Shown piece after piece: positions 7,151 to 16,205 of a stretch of 46,043 bases of DNA (its first letter is position 1; each line of letters starts with the position of its first letter). Both the position numbers and the translations under genes were made by a program. The DNA is from an uncultured Candidatus Saccharibacteria bacterium (GTDB taxonomy: Bacteria > Patescibacteriota > Minisyncoccia > Minisyncoccales > GWA2-38-27): assembly GCA_964468405.1 (NCBI GenBank), contig CAYXTC010000001.1, forward strand, positions 1-46,043. The letters are read 5' to 3'. The notes beneath the pieces were generated by a model. The model was given only the letters and a program-made list of their open reading frames with translations, had not been told where the DNA came from and searched no databases.

Positions 7151-8746
7151 ATGAACAAAAAGGCGCTAATAATTCTCTTGGTTATTCTGGTTGTCGCGGG
7201 TGTTTTTAGGTTCTGGCAATTAGACAAGATCCCGCCCGGCCTCTACCCTGACGAAGCTATGAACGGAAACGATGCCCTGGACCTTCTTTACAAAGGAGAC
7301 TTTCGTACTTTTTATCCAGAAAACAACGGAAGAGAAGGGCTTTTTGTATGGCTTTTGGCTCTTTCTTTCTGGATATTCGGGCCTTCTCTGTGGAGCATAA
7401 AGGTGGTCTCAGCTCTTGCCGGCACTCTGACTGTATTGGGAACCTTTCTTCTTACTAAAGAAATATTCAGGCTTATTAAAAAGAGTAAAGAGCAGATAAT
7501 AAAGATTGCTCTTTTCGCCTCTTTCTTAACAGCGATCTCTTTTTGGCACGTTAACTTCTCCAGAATAAATTTCAGGGCTATTCTCATCCCCCTTGTTCTA
7601 ACCTTTGGATTTTATCTTTTATTCCGCGCCCTTAACAAAGGAGGACTGAATCTCAAAAACCTCGTTACCGTTGGATCTTCAGGAATTATCTTCGGGCTGG
7701 GATTTTATACCTATATCTCTTACAGATTTATAGTTCTTTTAGGCCCCCTAACCTTATTCCTCTTCTGGCTGACTGCTAAAAAGAAGAATTTCTTTAAATT
7801 GTCGCTTCTTCTCGTTGTTTTTATATTCTTAACCGCTTTGCCGTTGGGTGTCTATTTCTTGAAAAACCCGGGTGACTTCTTCGGAAGAGCCACTGGTGTT
7901 TCAGTGTTGTCTCACGAAACTCCTCTTTTAAAATTAGGAGAATCTGTAATCTCGCATTTGGGAATGTTTAACATAAGGGGAGATGGAAACTGGCGCCACA
8001 ATTACTCAGAAGAGCCTCTTTTGTTGTGGCCCGTGGGCCTAATCTTTTTAATGGGGCTTTTCTTTTCTGTAAAAAACACGGTTTTGTTTATTAGGCAAAA
8101 AGAATATTCTTCTCTTGTTCCCTACTGCTTTTTAATATCTTGGTTTTTAATAATGCTCATTCCCGGTTTTTTAAGCGCCGAAGGCATCCCCCACTCCCTA
8201 AGAGTGATCGGCGCCATTCCTCCTATATATATCATGTCAGGAATAGGATTCTCCTGGCTACTAAAGAAAATGGGAAGCTTTAAACTTAACTTTAGATCAA
8301 TTGCCCTTTATTTACCCATCGCGGTTTTCTTAATAGTTTTGACTTTTGCTCAGTTTGACAAATACTTCTTTGACTGGAGCAAAAGAGAAGAAGTAGAACA
8401 CGCTTTCTCCAAAAAATATGTCTCTCTGGGAAGATATCTTAACTCTCTTCCTGAAAATTACGAGAAAACGGTTATAGTTAACGCCGGCGGCGTGCCCGTT
8501 CCCTATCCTGACGGCATTCCTATGCCGGCCCAAACACCGATATTTATAGAAAGGGCAGAAAATATTCAGACAAGGAGCAATTATATATTGCCAGATACAG
8601 CGGAAACAATTAAAATATCTAAAAGGCCCCTTGCTATAGTCTTAATGGATCCCAAAAAAGAACTTTTTGACAAACTTGTTCCCCGATTCCCAGAAGCAGA
8701 ACAAATTAAAGACCAAGGTTTCTGGGTTTTAGAAATAAATAAATAA
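7151..8746 (+). CDS. Glycosyltransferase family 39 (ArnT/PMT-like) polytopic membrane protein
   Basis: 531 aa with many TM segments. The N-terminal motif FRFWQLDKIPPGLYPDEAMNG carries the DE acidic pair in the first loop, as in lipid-carrier-dependent GT-C enzymes. Confidence 0.7.
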   Translation: MNKKALIILLVILVVAGVFRFWQLDKIPPGLYPDEAMNGNDALDLLYKGDFRTFYPENNGREGLFVWLLALSFWIFGPSLWSIKVVSALAGTLTVLGTFLLTKEIFRLIKKSKEQIIKIALFASFLTAISFWHVNFSRINFRAILIPLVLTFGFYLLFRALNKGGLNLKNLVTVGSSGIIFGLGFYTYISYRFIVLLGPLTLFLFWLTAKKKNFFKLSLLLVVFIFLTALPLGVYFLKNPGDFFGRATGVSVLSHETPLLKLGESVISHLGMFNIRGDGNWRHNYSEEPLLLWPVGLIFLMGLFFSVKNTVLFIRQKEYSSLVPYCFLISWFLIMLIPGFLSAEGIPHSLRVIGAIPPIYIMSGIGFSWLLKKMGSFKLNFRSIALYLPIAVFLIVLTFAQFDKYFFDWSKREEVEHAFSKKYVSLGRYLNSLPENYEKTVIVNAGGVPVPYPDGIPMPAQTPIFIERAENIQTRSNYILPDTAETIKISKRPLAIVLMDPKKELFDKLVPRFPEAEQIKDQGFWVLEINK

Positions 8747-8752
8747 AATAAT

Positions 8753-10519
8753 ATGTCCAATCGCCTTACCTTTATAATCGCTTTTCTTTTACTGGTATTT
8801 GCTTTTACAATTTCACTCTTAGGAGTCAAGAATGATTCCTTAACCATGGATGAACTGGCTCATCTCCCTTCCGGCTACTCTTATTTAAGCCAGCAGGATA
8901 TGAGGCTTAACCCGGAGCACCCGCCCCTTCTTAAGGATTTTTCAGCCGTGCCCCTCTTGTTTATGGACGAGATAAACTTCCCCGAAGACTCTTATGCCTG
9001 GCAGGAAAAAGTCAATGGCCAGTGGGATTTCGGAAACGAATTTCTTTATAAAAGCGGTAACCCCGCCAAAAAGATGGTTTTTTGGGGCAGAATTCCCATG
9101 CTTTTGGTTCTGATTGTTTTGGGGCTCTATCTCTTTCTCTGGACTAGAAAGATTTTCGGCAACAAGGCCTCTCTTTTGGCTCTTTTCCTGTTTTCTTTCT
9201 CTCCTACCTTCTTGGCTCACGGCCCCCTTGTTACTACAGACGTGGGAGCTGCGGCCGGAGCATTTGTGGCCACCTTTTATTTTGTTAAATATTTAAAAGA
9301 AAGCACTAAAAGGAATTTAGTTTTCGCAGGTATTGCTTTGGGAATCGCCCAACTCTTAAAATACTCTTTAATTCTTTTGTTTCCTTTCTTCGGAATCTTG
9401 CTTCTTGTCTGGAGCGCAATAAATTCTGCCCGTTTTAGAGAATTCCTTGTAGTGTTTGGGAAATATCTGATGCGCTTTATTCTAATCTTGGCGCTGGCTT
9501 TCGTTGTTATCTGGATTGTTTACATCTTCCATACTTACAACCTTCCTTCTGAGAAACAAGTAGCAGACAGCGAGGCTATTCTTTCCTCTTTCGGAAGCAG
9601 GGTTGCTGCTGATGCAGTTGTCTGGACGGCAGACAAACCAGTACTAAAAGGGATAGGCCACTATTTTCTTGGACTATTTATGGTACTCCAAAGGGCTTCC
9701 GGAGGGAATACAGGCTATTTCCTGGGCGAAGTAGATAGAATAGGATGGAAAGCCTACTTCCCCACAGTCTATCTTATTAAAGAAACAGTGGCTTTCCATA
9801 TTCTAAGCATAATAGCCCTGCTTTATGCTGTTTATCTGACTAAAAAGCCCTTCTGGATAAATACCGGAAGAAGAATTTTCGCTTGGTTAAGAAATCATTT
9901 CGCAGAGTTTTCTCTGCTCCTCTTTATCGCTATCTACTGGACTACAAGCCTAGCAAGTAATCTAAATATTGGAGTAAGGCATCTCCTGCCAGTCTTTCCT
10001 CCGACAATGCTTTTGGTGAGTGGCATGATAGGAAAGGGTCTTTCGCCCCGCTACCGAAAGATTAAGATCTTCGCTCTGGCTTGGCTCCTAATCTGGCAGA
10101 GTTATTCTGTTGTCTCCGTCTACCCCCACTTCCTTGCTTACTTCAATGAGTTTGTCGGAGGGCCGGAAAGAGGACACAATTATGTCGTAGACTCCAACCT
10201 TGACTGGGGTCAAGACCTGGGAAGATTAGATGATTGGGTAAAAAGCGGCGGGATAGACAAAATATATCTTAACTACTTCGGCGGTGCCGATCCCGAATAT
10301 TATCTTGGAGAAAAATATATCCCGTGGTCGGGGCAGAACGATCCCTCAGATCTTCCGGAGGACAGTTATCTTGCGGTTTCTGCCACCCTTCTTCAAGGAG
10401 GAATAGGGAGGCCGGGACCCGGCTTTCTAGAAGACCCTACCGGATATTACAACTGGCTCAATAAATATGAGCCAGTGGAAAGAATCGGCTATTCTATTTT
10501 TGTCTATTATATCGATTAG
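8753..10519 (+). CDS. Second GT-C/GT39-like membrane glycosyltransferase
   Basis: 588 aa and polytopic. A first-loop motif SLTMDELAHLPSGYSYL is present, followed by a C-terminal soluble domain. It starts 6 nt after the previous gene. Confidence 0.6.
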   Translation: MSNRLTFIIAFLLLVFAFTISLLGVKNDSLTMDELAHLPSGYSYLSQQDMRLNPEHPPLLKDFSAVPLLFMDEINFPEDSYAWQEKVNGQWDFGNEFLYKSGNPAKKMVFWGRIPMLLVLIVLGLYLFLWTRKIFGNKASLLALFLFSFSPTFLAHGPLVTTDVGAAAGAFVATFYFVKYLKESTKRNLVFAGIALGIAQLLKYSLILLFPFFGILLLVWSAINSARFREFLVVFGKYLMRFILILALAFVVIWIVYIFHTYNLPSEKQVADSEAILSSFGSRVAADAVVWTADKPVLKGIGHYFLGLFMVLQRASGGNTGYFLGEVDRIGWKAYFPTVYLIKETVAFHILSIIALLYAVYLTKKPFWINTGRRIFAWLRNHFAEFSLLLFIAIYWTTSLASNLNIGVRHLLPVFPPTMLLVSGMIGKGLSPRYRKIKIFALAWLLIWQSYSVVSVYPHFLAYFNEFVGGPERGHNYVVDSNLDWGQDLGRLDDWVKSGGIDKIYLNYFGGADPEYYLGEKYIPWSGQNDPSDLPEDSYLAVSATLLQGGIGRPGPGFLEDPTGYYNWLNKYEPVERIGYSIFVYYID

Positions 10520-11304
10520 TCCCTGAGTTTATAGAAAACTCTCTCTTGAAATCTAAGGTCAACATATTCTAAGTCCTTTCTTTTGGTCTCCCCAACCTCT
10601 TCTTGGATGACCACAATTAGATTAGCCGCCTGGGTAGAGATGTTGCCCTCTGAATCAAAATAGGCCTCCCATCCCTCTTCTGTCTTTATGGTCACTTTAG
10701 GATAAGAAATCGAGAACTCCTTAATCTCAATCCCCCTATCTGATAATCCAGAACTTATCTCCAAAATATCTTTAAGAAGATTTTTCCCTACAGCCTCCGC
10801 CCCAAGAGGAACTTTTCTGCTCCCTTTAATAACGGGTTTTTTGCTTGCCTCGGTCTTCTCAAAAACAATACCCTCTGCATCTAGAAAAAACTTATCTTCC
10901 TGAAAAACCCAGGTAGCCACAGGGATCCTTTCTTCAATATTTACTCTAAGAGCGGAGGGGAGATCTCTCTTAATTACTACCTCAGAAATTAAAGGAAAAG
11001 AATTTCTTATTTCTTCGCGCGCTTGGTGAAAACCACCGAAGAAAATACTTTTTGAAGGAAAGAATAAGATGCTGGTTTCTATGTGTTTTTCCGTAATTTC
11101 TATTATCTCTTCTGAGGGAATCTTAAGGTTTCCTGCTACCTTAACTTCTTTTATCTGAAAAACGGGAGAAAAGACAAAAAAATAAAAAAGCCCGCCAGAC
11201 AACGTAAGAACTAATAAAATAATCCAGAAAAGCCGGGATTTAAATATGGATTTTCTTTTCTTGGTTCTAAATGATTTTCTGTATCCTTGCTTTTTCTTTT
11301 TCAT
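10516..11304 (-). CDS. ftsQ: Cell division protein FtsQ/DivIB-like (POTRA domain)
   Basis: 262 aa with a basic N-terminus and a single TM segment. A POTRA-like segment follows (FQIKEVKVAGNLKIPSEEIIEI). The gene sits at the end of the cell-wall cluster. Confidence 0.6.
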   Translation of the reverse strand: MKKKKQGYRKSFRTKKRKSIFKSRLFWIILLVLTLSGGLFYFFVFSPVFQIKEVKVAGNLKIPSEEIIEITEKHIETSILFFPSKSIFFGGFHQAREEIRNSFPLISEVVIKRDLPSALRVNIEERIPVATWVFQEDKFFLDAEGIVFEKTEASKKPVIKGSRKVPLGAEAVGKNLLKDILEISSGLSDRGIEIKEFSISYPKVTIKTEEGWEAYFDSEGNISTQAANLIVVIQEEVGETKRKDLEYVDLRFQERVFYKLRD

Positions 11305-12329
11305 AAATTCCTTTTCTTTTTCCTTGCCGTCTCAAACAAACGAGTTAAATAATAACTAAAAGAAAGGGGGAGATCCTGGGTTTTTACATATTCTTCAATT
11401 CTTCCTCCAAACCCCATCTTAAAAAGGGTTATCCCAGCCCAAGGGTGGGAAGACCTGACCAAATCTTCTTTTTTCTTGATATCAGGTGCTATGCCCCAGA
11501 AGTTGTATCTCTGGCAACCCCTTAATTTAGCCTCTTTTATGGCTTCCCATTGGACTAAATAAGAGACGGGGATTTTTCTGTATTCAGACAGAGAGGCGCC
11601 GTGGTGGTAGAACCCAGCGTCTTGCCAATAAACCAATACTGCAGAAGAAACTATCTTTCCTTTGTACTCCCCTAGCAAGATGAGAACCTGATCGTCCTGA
11701 ATAAAAGAATTAAACTGGTTTTTTAAGTAATCTAAAGAAAAGGGTACAAAGTTGTGCCTTCTGGCGGTTTCTTCATAAACCTCATTAAATCTGTTCAAAT
11801 CATTAATGTCTTTGCTTTTAATTATATTAATATCCTTATCCCTCCCGCCTTTCCTAATTAAATATCTAGTGGTTTTTCTCATGCCTTTCGTTAAATCCTC
11901 TTCTGAGGGTGTAATATCTAATTCCCAGGTTACTTCGGGATGAATATGGATAGGGGCCCGCTTAAAGCCCCTTTCTTTAAAAAGGTCTCTGTTCCTCTGA
12001 CTTCTTTCCCAAATCGGAGCTATCCTGATAAAGCCTGTTTGCAATCTTTTTAAATAAGGAATTAGGGTGTCAAAAACATCCTCTCTTAAGCCTTCTTCTT
12101 TAGTATTGGGTCCGTGGGGCAAAAACAAAAAGGTGCCTCTCTTGGCCTCAATCTTTATTGCCAGAGCAAGTGCGACCAACTCTTTGCTATAAACTCCGAG
12201 CCGCCATATTTTGTTCCCTTGTCTCTGCTGAAACTCGCCCCAATTCCAGGAGTTTAAAAAACTTTTGTTTTCGCATTCTGACAGAAAACTTTCCCAAGTC
12301 TCTTTATTTTTTATCTCTTTTATAGTCAT
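11301..12329 (-). CDS. FemAB-family peptidoglycan bridge-forming aminoacyltransferase
   Basis: 342 aa. The N-terminus (WESFL..CENKSFLNSWNWGEFQ) and overall size are typical of FemX/FemAB (lipid II peptide-branch transferases). It overlaps ftsQ by ATGA. Confidence 0.7.
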   Translation of the reverse strand: MTIKEIKNKETWESFLSECENKSFLNSWNWGEFQQRQGNKIWRLGVYSKELVALALAIKIEAKRGTFLFLPHGPNTKEEGLREDVFDTLIPYLKRLQTGFIRIAPIWERSQRNRDLFKERGFKRAPIHIHPEVTWELDITPSEEDLTKGMRKTTRYLIRKGGRDKDINIIKSKDINDLNRFNEVYEETARRHNFVPFSLDYLKNQFNSFIQDDQVLILLGEYKGKIVSSAVLVYWQDAGFYHHGASLSEYRKIPVSYLVQWEAIKEAKLRGCQRYNFWGIAPDIKKKEDLVRSSHPWAGITLFKMGFGGRIEEYVKTQDLPLSFSYYLTRLFETARKKKRNL

Positions 12330-12337
12330 TTTAGGAC

Positions 12338-12346
12338 ATTATATCA
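12338..12346 (-). promoter_or_regulatory. Extended -10 promoter (TGaTATAAT) of the femAB-like gene
   Basis: The minus strand reads TGATATAAT, followed by 8 nt and then the ATG at 12329. There is no SD. Confidence 0.55.
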
Positions 12347-12360
12347 CAGATAAACTGTAT

Positions 12361-12389
12361 AAAAAAATCCCCCGGAAATCGAGGGATTT
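12361..12389 (-). terminator. Rho-independent terminator
   Basis: The minus strand reads AAAUCCCUCG-AUUUC-CGGGGGAUUUUUUU, just after the stop codon at 12394. Confidence 0.75.
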
Positions 12390-12393
12390 AAGA

Positions 12394-12942
12394 TTATTTT
12401 TCTTTTATCGCCCTCCTAACTTGCACCAGGACGAAGATAAAAGAAGTAACGGCTAGAGCCTCAAAGAAAAAGGTCACAAATACCAAAGCGATCTGCCATA
12501 TACGACTGGGTCGGGGATGAATGGTAAGCAAAGACCCTTTTCTTGACACCTCCCTGATGTCAGAAATCGGGATTCCCCATCTTCCTTTTTGTTGAGGGAA
12601 AATCTCTTTCTCTTCCGAGGCGTGGTGATAAACGCCCTTTTTGGCAAGAACCAGATAATCGAACCGCGCCTTAAGCGGTCGGGGAGAAACTGCATAAGTA
12701 ACAACAGTTTCTTTTTTCTCCATTTCCGGCTTTAGGTCTTCGAGGTCCTTCTCGACTATCTCTCCTTCAACCCTTATGCCCGGGACGATCTTAGCCTCCG
12801 AAGGAGCATAAAAATCAATTTTGTGGGTTGAATACTCTTGCTCTCCGTTCTCTAGAAACCATCCGCCGAAGACAAGAAAACCAAAGAAAGATATGATCAT
12901 TACGCAAACAGAAATACCGATCTTTTTTCCTTTTCCGTTCAT
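12394..12942 (-). CDS. Hypothetical membrane protein
   Basis: 182 aa with an N-terminal TM segment and a C-terminal hydrophobic pair. AGGAG sits upstream of the ATG. I recognise no family. Confidence 0.6.
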   Translation of the reverse strand: MNGKGKKIGISVCVMIISFFGFLVFGGWFLENGEQEYSTHKIDFYAPSEAKIVPGIRVEGEIVEKDLEDLKPEMEKKETVVTYAVSPRPLKARFDYLVLAKKGVYHHASEEKEIFPQQKGRWGIPISDIREVSRKGSLLTIHPRPSRIWQIALVFVTFFFEALAVTSFIFVLVQVRRAIKEK

Positions 12943-12988
12943 TTCTTTGCTCCTAAGTTGGTTGTTAAGGTACTGTAATTCTGTCTAT

Positions 12989-13017
12989 ATTATAGCAAAC
13001 TATACTTATTTTGTCAA
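12989..13017 (-). promoter_or_regulatory. Consensus sigma70 promoter TTGACA-17-TATAAT
   Basis: On the minus strand, TTGACA (13017..13012) is followed by exactly 17 nt and TATAAT (12994..12989). A 46-nt leader carrying AGGAG runs to the ATG at 12942. Confidence 0.75.
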
Positions 13018-13115
13018 TACAAAACAAAAATCAGGCAGGACTTTGTACCCCCCACAGGACTTCTCTGGCTAGGCTTTTTTCCTTGCAAGACGGCACCACC
13101 AAAAGATATTGAGCA

Positions 13116-13334
13116 TTAATAATGATTATCAATATACAACTGGGCTCCCTGAAGAGCAAAACTATCCGCCTTAGTCTGAGAATCAAATTCTTTAGGCCAG
13201 GCAAGGGGCGAGGGCTCTTCAACCCGGCTTTCGTACCTAGAAATTATAGTAGCTTGGGGTATCCACTTACCAGGCTCTTTCTCGTAAGAGCCGGCCTTGA
13301 TTAAATACCCCCTGTAATTAAATTCCTGTGTCAT
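13116..13334 (-). CDS. Small hypothetical protein (72 aa)
   Basis: The ORF begins MTQEFNYRGYLIK... at the first ATG; the track start at 13349 is a TTG. It is visibly richer in G+C than its neighbours and overlaps the 3' end of the DegT gene. Confidence 0.4.
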   Translation of the reverse strand: MTQEFNYRGYLIKAGSYEKEPGKWIPQATIISRYESRVEEPSPLAWPKEFDSQTKADSFALQGAQLYIDNHY

Positions 13335-14565
13335 ATAAGAAATTAACAATTTTTATTGCATCTTTTCTTCTAATATTAATATGGGTGGGAAGATTGAACA
13401 TAACTTTAGATAATTTTTCGGCATTGGGACACTCCCCTTCTCTGTATCCCATCTTGCCCAGCTGAGTATCATCTGGGGCGATAGGACTAGTATACCAATC
13501 CCCCAGTAGAATATTGTTATCCCAACTATTTTTTATAACCTCATGGGCCCGAGGGGTCTTCACTGTAAATCTTAAGAAAATATGATCTCTGTCTTTAGGA
13601 AAGCGAGGGAGATTCAGGGAAGAATTTTCCAGCATTTTATAATAAAGACTGGCTATCTTTTTTCTGTGGTTGTTGAACCTTTCCAGTTTTTGGAATTGTT
13701 TTAGAGCCAAAACGGCCAAGGCATTGGGCATTTTCTTAGGAAGATAACCAGGCTTTTTCCCCTTTTTCTCTTTCCAATGGACAGCCTTAGAAAGAATTCT
13801 AAGCCACTGAAAAAGAAGCAAAATCCCCCTACCGAGACTCAAAAATCCGTAGATAGGAAGAATAACATAATTAAAAAGAACAGGATGCATTAATTGCTGT
13901 ATGATCCAACAGGAGGAGGGACTGCCCGCCTCTTCTTGGAATGACCTAACCCTGCGTGCCAGGTCATCGTCGTCTGTGACCACCATGCCTCCGTAAACTG
14001 AAGAGATAACCTTGTCCCGGGAAAAACTAAAAAAAGCAGCATTTCCGAACGTCCCCACCTTCCGACCCTTGTAGGAGGCACCAAGAGAATGAGCACAATC
14101 TTCTATTAAAATCAGATTATTTCTTTCTGCTATCTCCTGAATCTTTTCCATGTCAGCCGGTAAGCCAAAGGTATGCTGGACCACTAATACCCTGCTTTTC
14201 CCAGTGATCTTTCTTTTGATATCCTCGGGATCAATATTAAAAGTGTCTTCTTTGCTGTCTATAAACACGGGCTTCAGTCCCGCCCATAAAACAGGGTTGA
14301 CTGCCGCATTACAGGTCGGAGCCTGAAGTAAAACCTCCTCTCCCCTCTTTAAATTTAAAGATTTCAGAATAGCCAGAAAAGAACTCCTCCCGCTGTTAAA
14401 AGATACGGCATATTTTTTCCTAAGATATTGAGAAATTCTCTGTTCTAATTCAAAGGAGGCCCTCCCTCTCTTCCATTTCCTCGGGGAAAAAACCAATTTA
14501 AGGGCTAGCCGAATATCTCCTTTTTCTGTATTAGGAGAAAGAGAAATTGATAATGTTTTAAGCAT
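13318..14565 (-). CDS. DegT/DnrJ/EryC1/StrS-family PLP-dependent sugar aminotransferase
   Basis: 415 aa. The segment FSFSRDKVISSVYGGMVVT contains the PLP-lysine context, and the DCAHSLGA box is present. Confidence 0.8.
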   Translation of the reverse strand: MLKTLSISLSPNTEKGDIRLALKLVFSPRKWKRGRASFELEQRISQYLRKKYAVSFNSGRSSFLAILKSLNLKRGEEVLLQAPTCNAAVNPVLWAGLKPVFIDSKEDTFNIDPEDIKRKITGKSRVLVVQHTFGLPADMEKIQEIAERNNLILIEDCAHSLGASYKGRKVGTFGNAAFFSFSRDKVISSVYGGMVVTDDDDLARRVRSFQEEAGSPSSCWIIQQLMHPVLFNYVILPIYGFLSLGRGILLLFQWLRILSKAVHWKEKKGKKPGYLPKKMPNALAVLALKQFQKLERFNNHRKKIASLYYKMLENSSLNLPRFPKDRDHIFLRFTVKTPRAHEVIKNSWDNNILLGDWYTSPIAPDDTQLGKMGYREGECPNAEKLSKVMFNLPTHINIRRKDAIKIVNFLYDTGI

Positions 14566-16204
14566 TAATTTTCTCTTTTGTTAGACTCTCCTTCAAATCG
14601 GCGGGAACCCTTCCTTCAAGCAATATAGTGTCTCCGGGGACCGCAACGATCTCCATCCTCCTTATTATCTCTTCTGTTTTATTAATGAAAACTACGTTTT
14701 CTTTTTCCAGGCCGCTTTCTTGGGCCCCTTCTTGAATTTCAGAAAAACGCTCTCTAGTTGTAATAATAGCAAAATCGCAGACCTCACCTATTTTCCTACC
14801 GATTTCTTTGTGAATATCTCTTGACCTCTTGCCTAATTCAATAAGGCAAGGCATGATAATTATTCTTTTCCGAGGACGAGTTTGAAGATAATCCAAATCA
14901 CCCACTACTCCATGAGGATTGGCAGAGTAAGAGGCATTCAGGATATTCAACCCCCTGACCCCCGCCTGCATCTTCATAGAACCCTGATGCTCATTGATCT
15001 TTTTACAGGCCTGAGCAATTTCCTTCAAACCCATGCCCAGATAACGGGCCACCAAAACAGAGGCTAAAATATTGGGAATATTGTGTTTGCCTAAAAGATT
15101 AACTCTGAATTCTTCGGACTCGCCTTCTTTTGTAAAAACGGTGAAATACAGAAATTTCTTTTCTACACCCATGTCCTCTACCCAGATATCAGGGTTCTTT
15201 TTTCCTTTTGGCTTTTCCAGAGAATACATCTTTTTGGGCATATCTGTCATTTCATAAAGTTTAAGGCAGTGCTCGTTGTCTCCGTTAAAAACGGCAAGCC
15301 CGTCCCTAGGGAGTGATTCTATTAACTCGTATTTTGCTTTAATAGTTTTATCGATAGATCCAAAAAGGGAAAGGTGCTGCTCGTTTATGCCGGCCAGTAT
15401 GCCAATCTGGGGCTGTACAATATTGGCCAGCAGCCTTATGCCTCCGACTCCATAGGTCCCCATTTCTGCCACAAAAACCTCGTGCTCTTTATTTAACTCT
15501 TCTAAAACAGACCGGGAAATTCCCATCTCACTGTTTTGGTGTTTTTCTGTCTTCAAAACCTTAAACTTATCAGATAAAAGACAGGCCAAAATTTCTTTAG
15601 TTGAGGTTTTCCCATAACTTCCAGTAATGCCCACTGTTTTGAGATCGGGAAACTTGCTCCTTTTGACCGTTGCTTTTTTAATAGTCCCTTTCCTGAAGAG
15701 GGCCACAAGGGGCTGGAACGTCAAAACAATTAAGGTGGCAAAGAGCGGCATCAAAGTGTTTGTTAAAAGCAGATAGAAAACAAAATCGTAAATGTTGCCG
15801 ACAGTGCTCATAAAAAAGAGAATAACTATCTGTGCCACAGCCCCGGTTACTATAAGGATTATTGTTTTTTTAGTAAAAACTGGATATTTTGCCTTCTTTT
15901 GCCCTATTCTTAGGAAGGTATGCATAGTAAGCAAAAACAAAAAGGCAAAGATCGTCCATAGAATAAGGGGAGCAAAGAACTTCTGACTGGGGATGCTTTG
16001 GTTTTTTGAGAAAAACAAGATGCCTGCTAAGAACAGGATCTTTAAGAAAAAAGCCTGGTTAATAAAAAGGTTTTTTCCTTTTTCAGTACGGAAGTGGTCT
16101 AAAAAGCGCTTAATCTGGTATTCTTTCAGTTGCCACAAATAAAAGTAGAACAGGATAATTCTTGAAGAAACAATTATCCAAAAGACGGCTAAAAGAATTC
16201 TCAT
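14558..16204 (-). CDS. murF: MurF-type Mur ligase (UDP-MurNAc-tripeptide--D-Ala-D-Ala ligase) with N-terminal polytopic membrane domain
   Basis: The P-loop VGITGSYGKTSTKE begins near aa 191. The central and C-terminal Mur ligase domains follow (NSEMG, AEMGT, GINEQHL). The first ~170 aa are 5-6 hydrophobic segments. Confidence 0.8.
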   Translation of the reverse strand: MRILLAVFWIIVSSRIILFYFYLWQLKEYQIKRFLDHFRTEKGKNLFINQAFFLKILFLAGILFFSKNQSIPSQKFFAPLILWTIFAFLFLLTMHTFLRIGQKKAKYPVFTKKTIILIVTGAVAQIVILFFMSTVGNIYDFVFYLLLTNTLMPLFATLIVLTFQPLVALFRKGTIKKATVKRSKFPDLKTVGITGSYGKTSTKEILACLLSDKFKVLKTEKHQNSEMGISRSVLEELNKEHEVFVAEMGTYGVGGIRLLANIVQPQIGILAGINEQHLSLFGSIDKTIKAKYELIESLPRDGLAVFNGDNEHCLKLYEMTDMPKKMYSLEKPKGKKNPDIWVEDMGVEKKFLYFTVFTKEGESEEFRVNLLGKHNIPNILASVLVARYLGMGLKEIAQACKKINEHQGSMKMQAGVRGLNILNASYSANPHGVVGDLDYLQTRPRKRIIIMPCLIELGKRSRDIHKEIGRKIGEVCDFAIITTRERFSEIQEGAQESGLEKENVVFINKTEEIIRRMEIVAVPGDTILLEGRVPADLKESLTKEKINA

Positions 16205-16205
16205 A

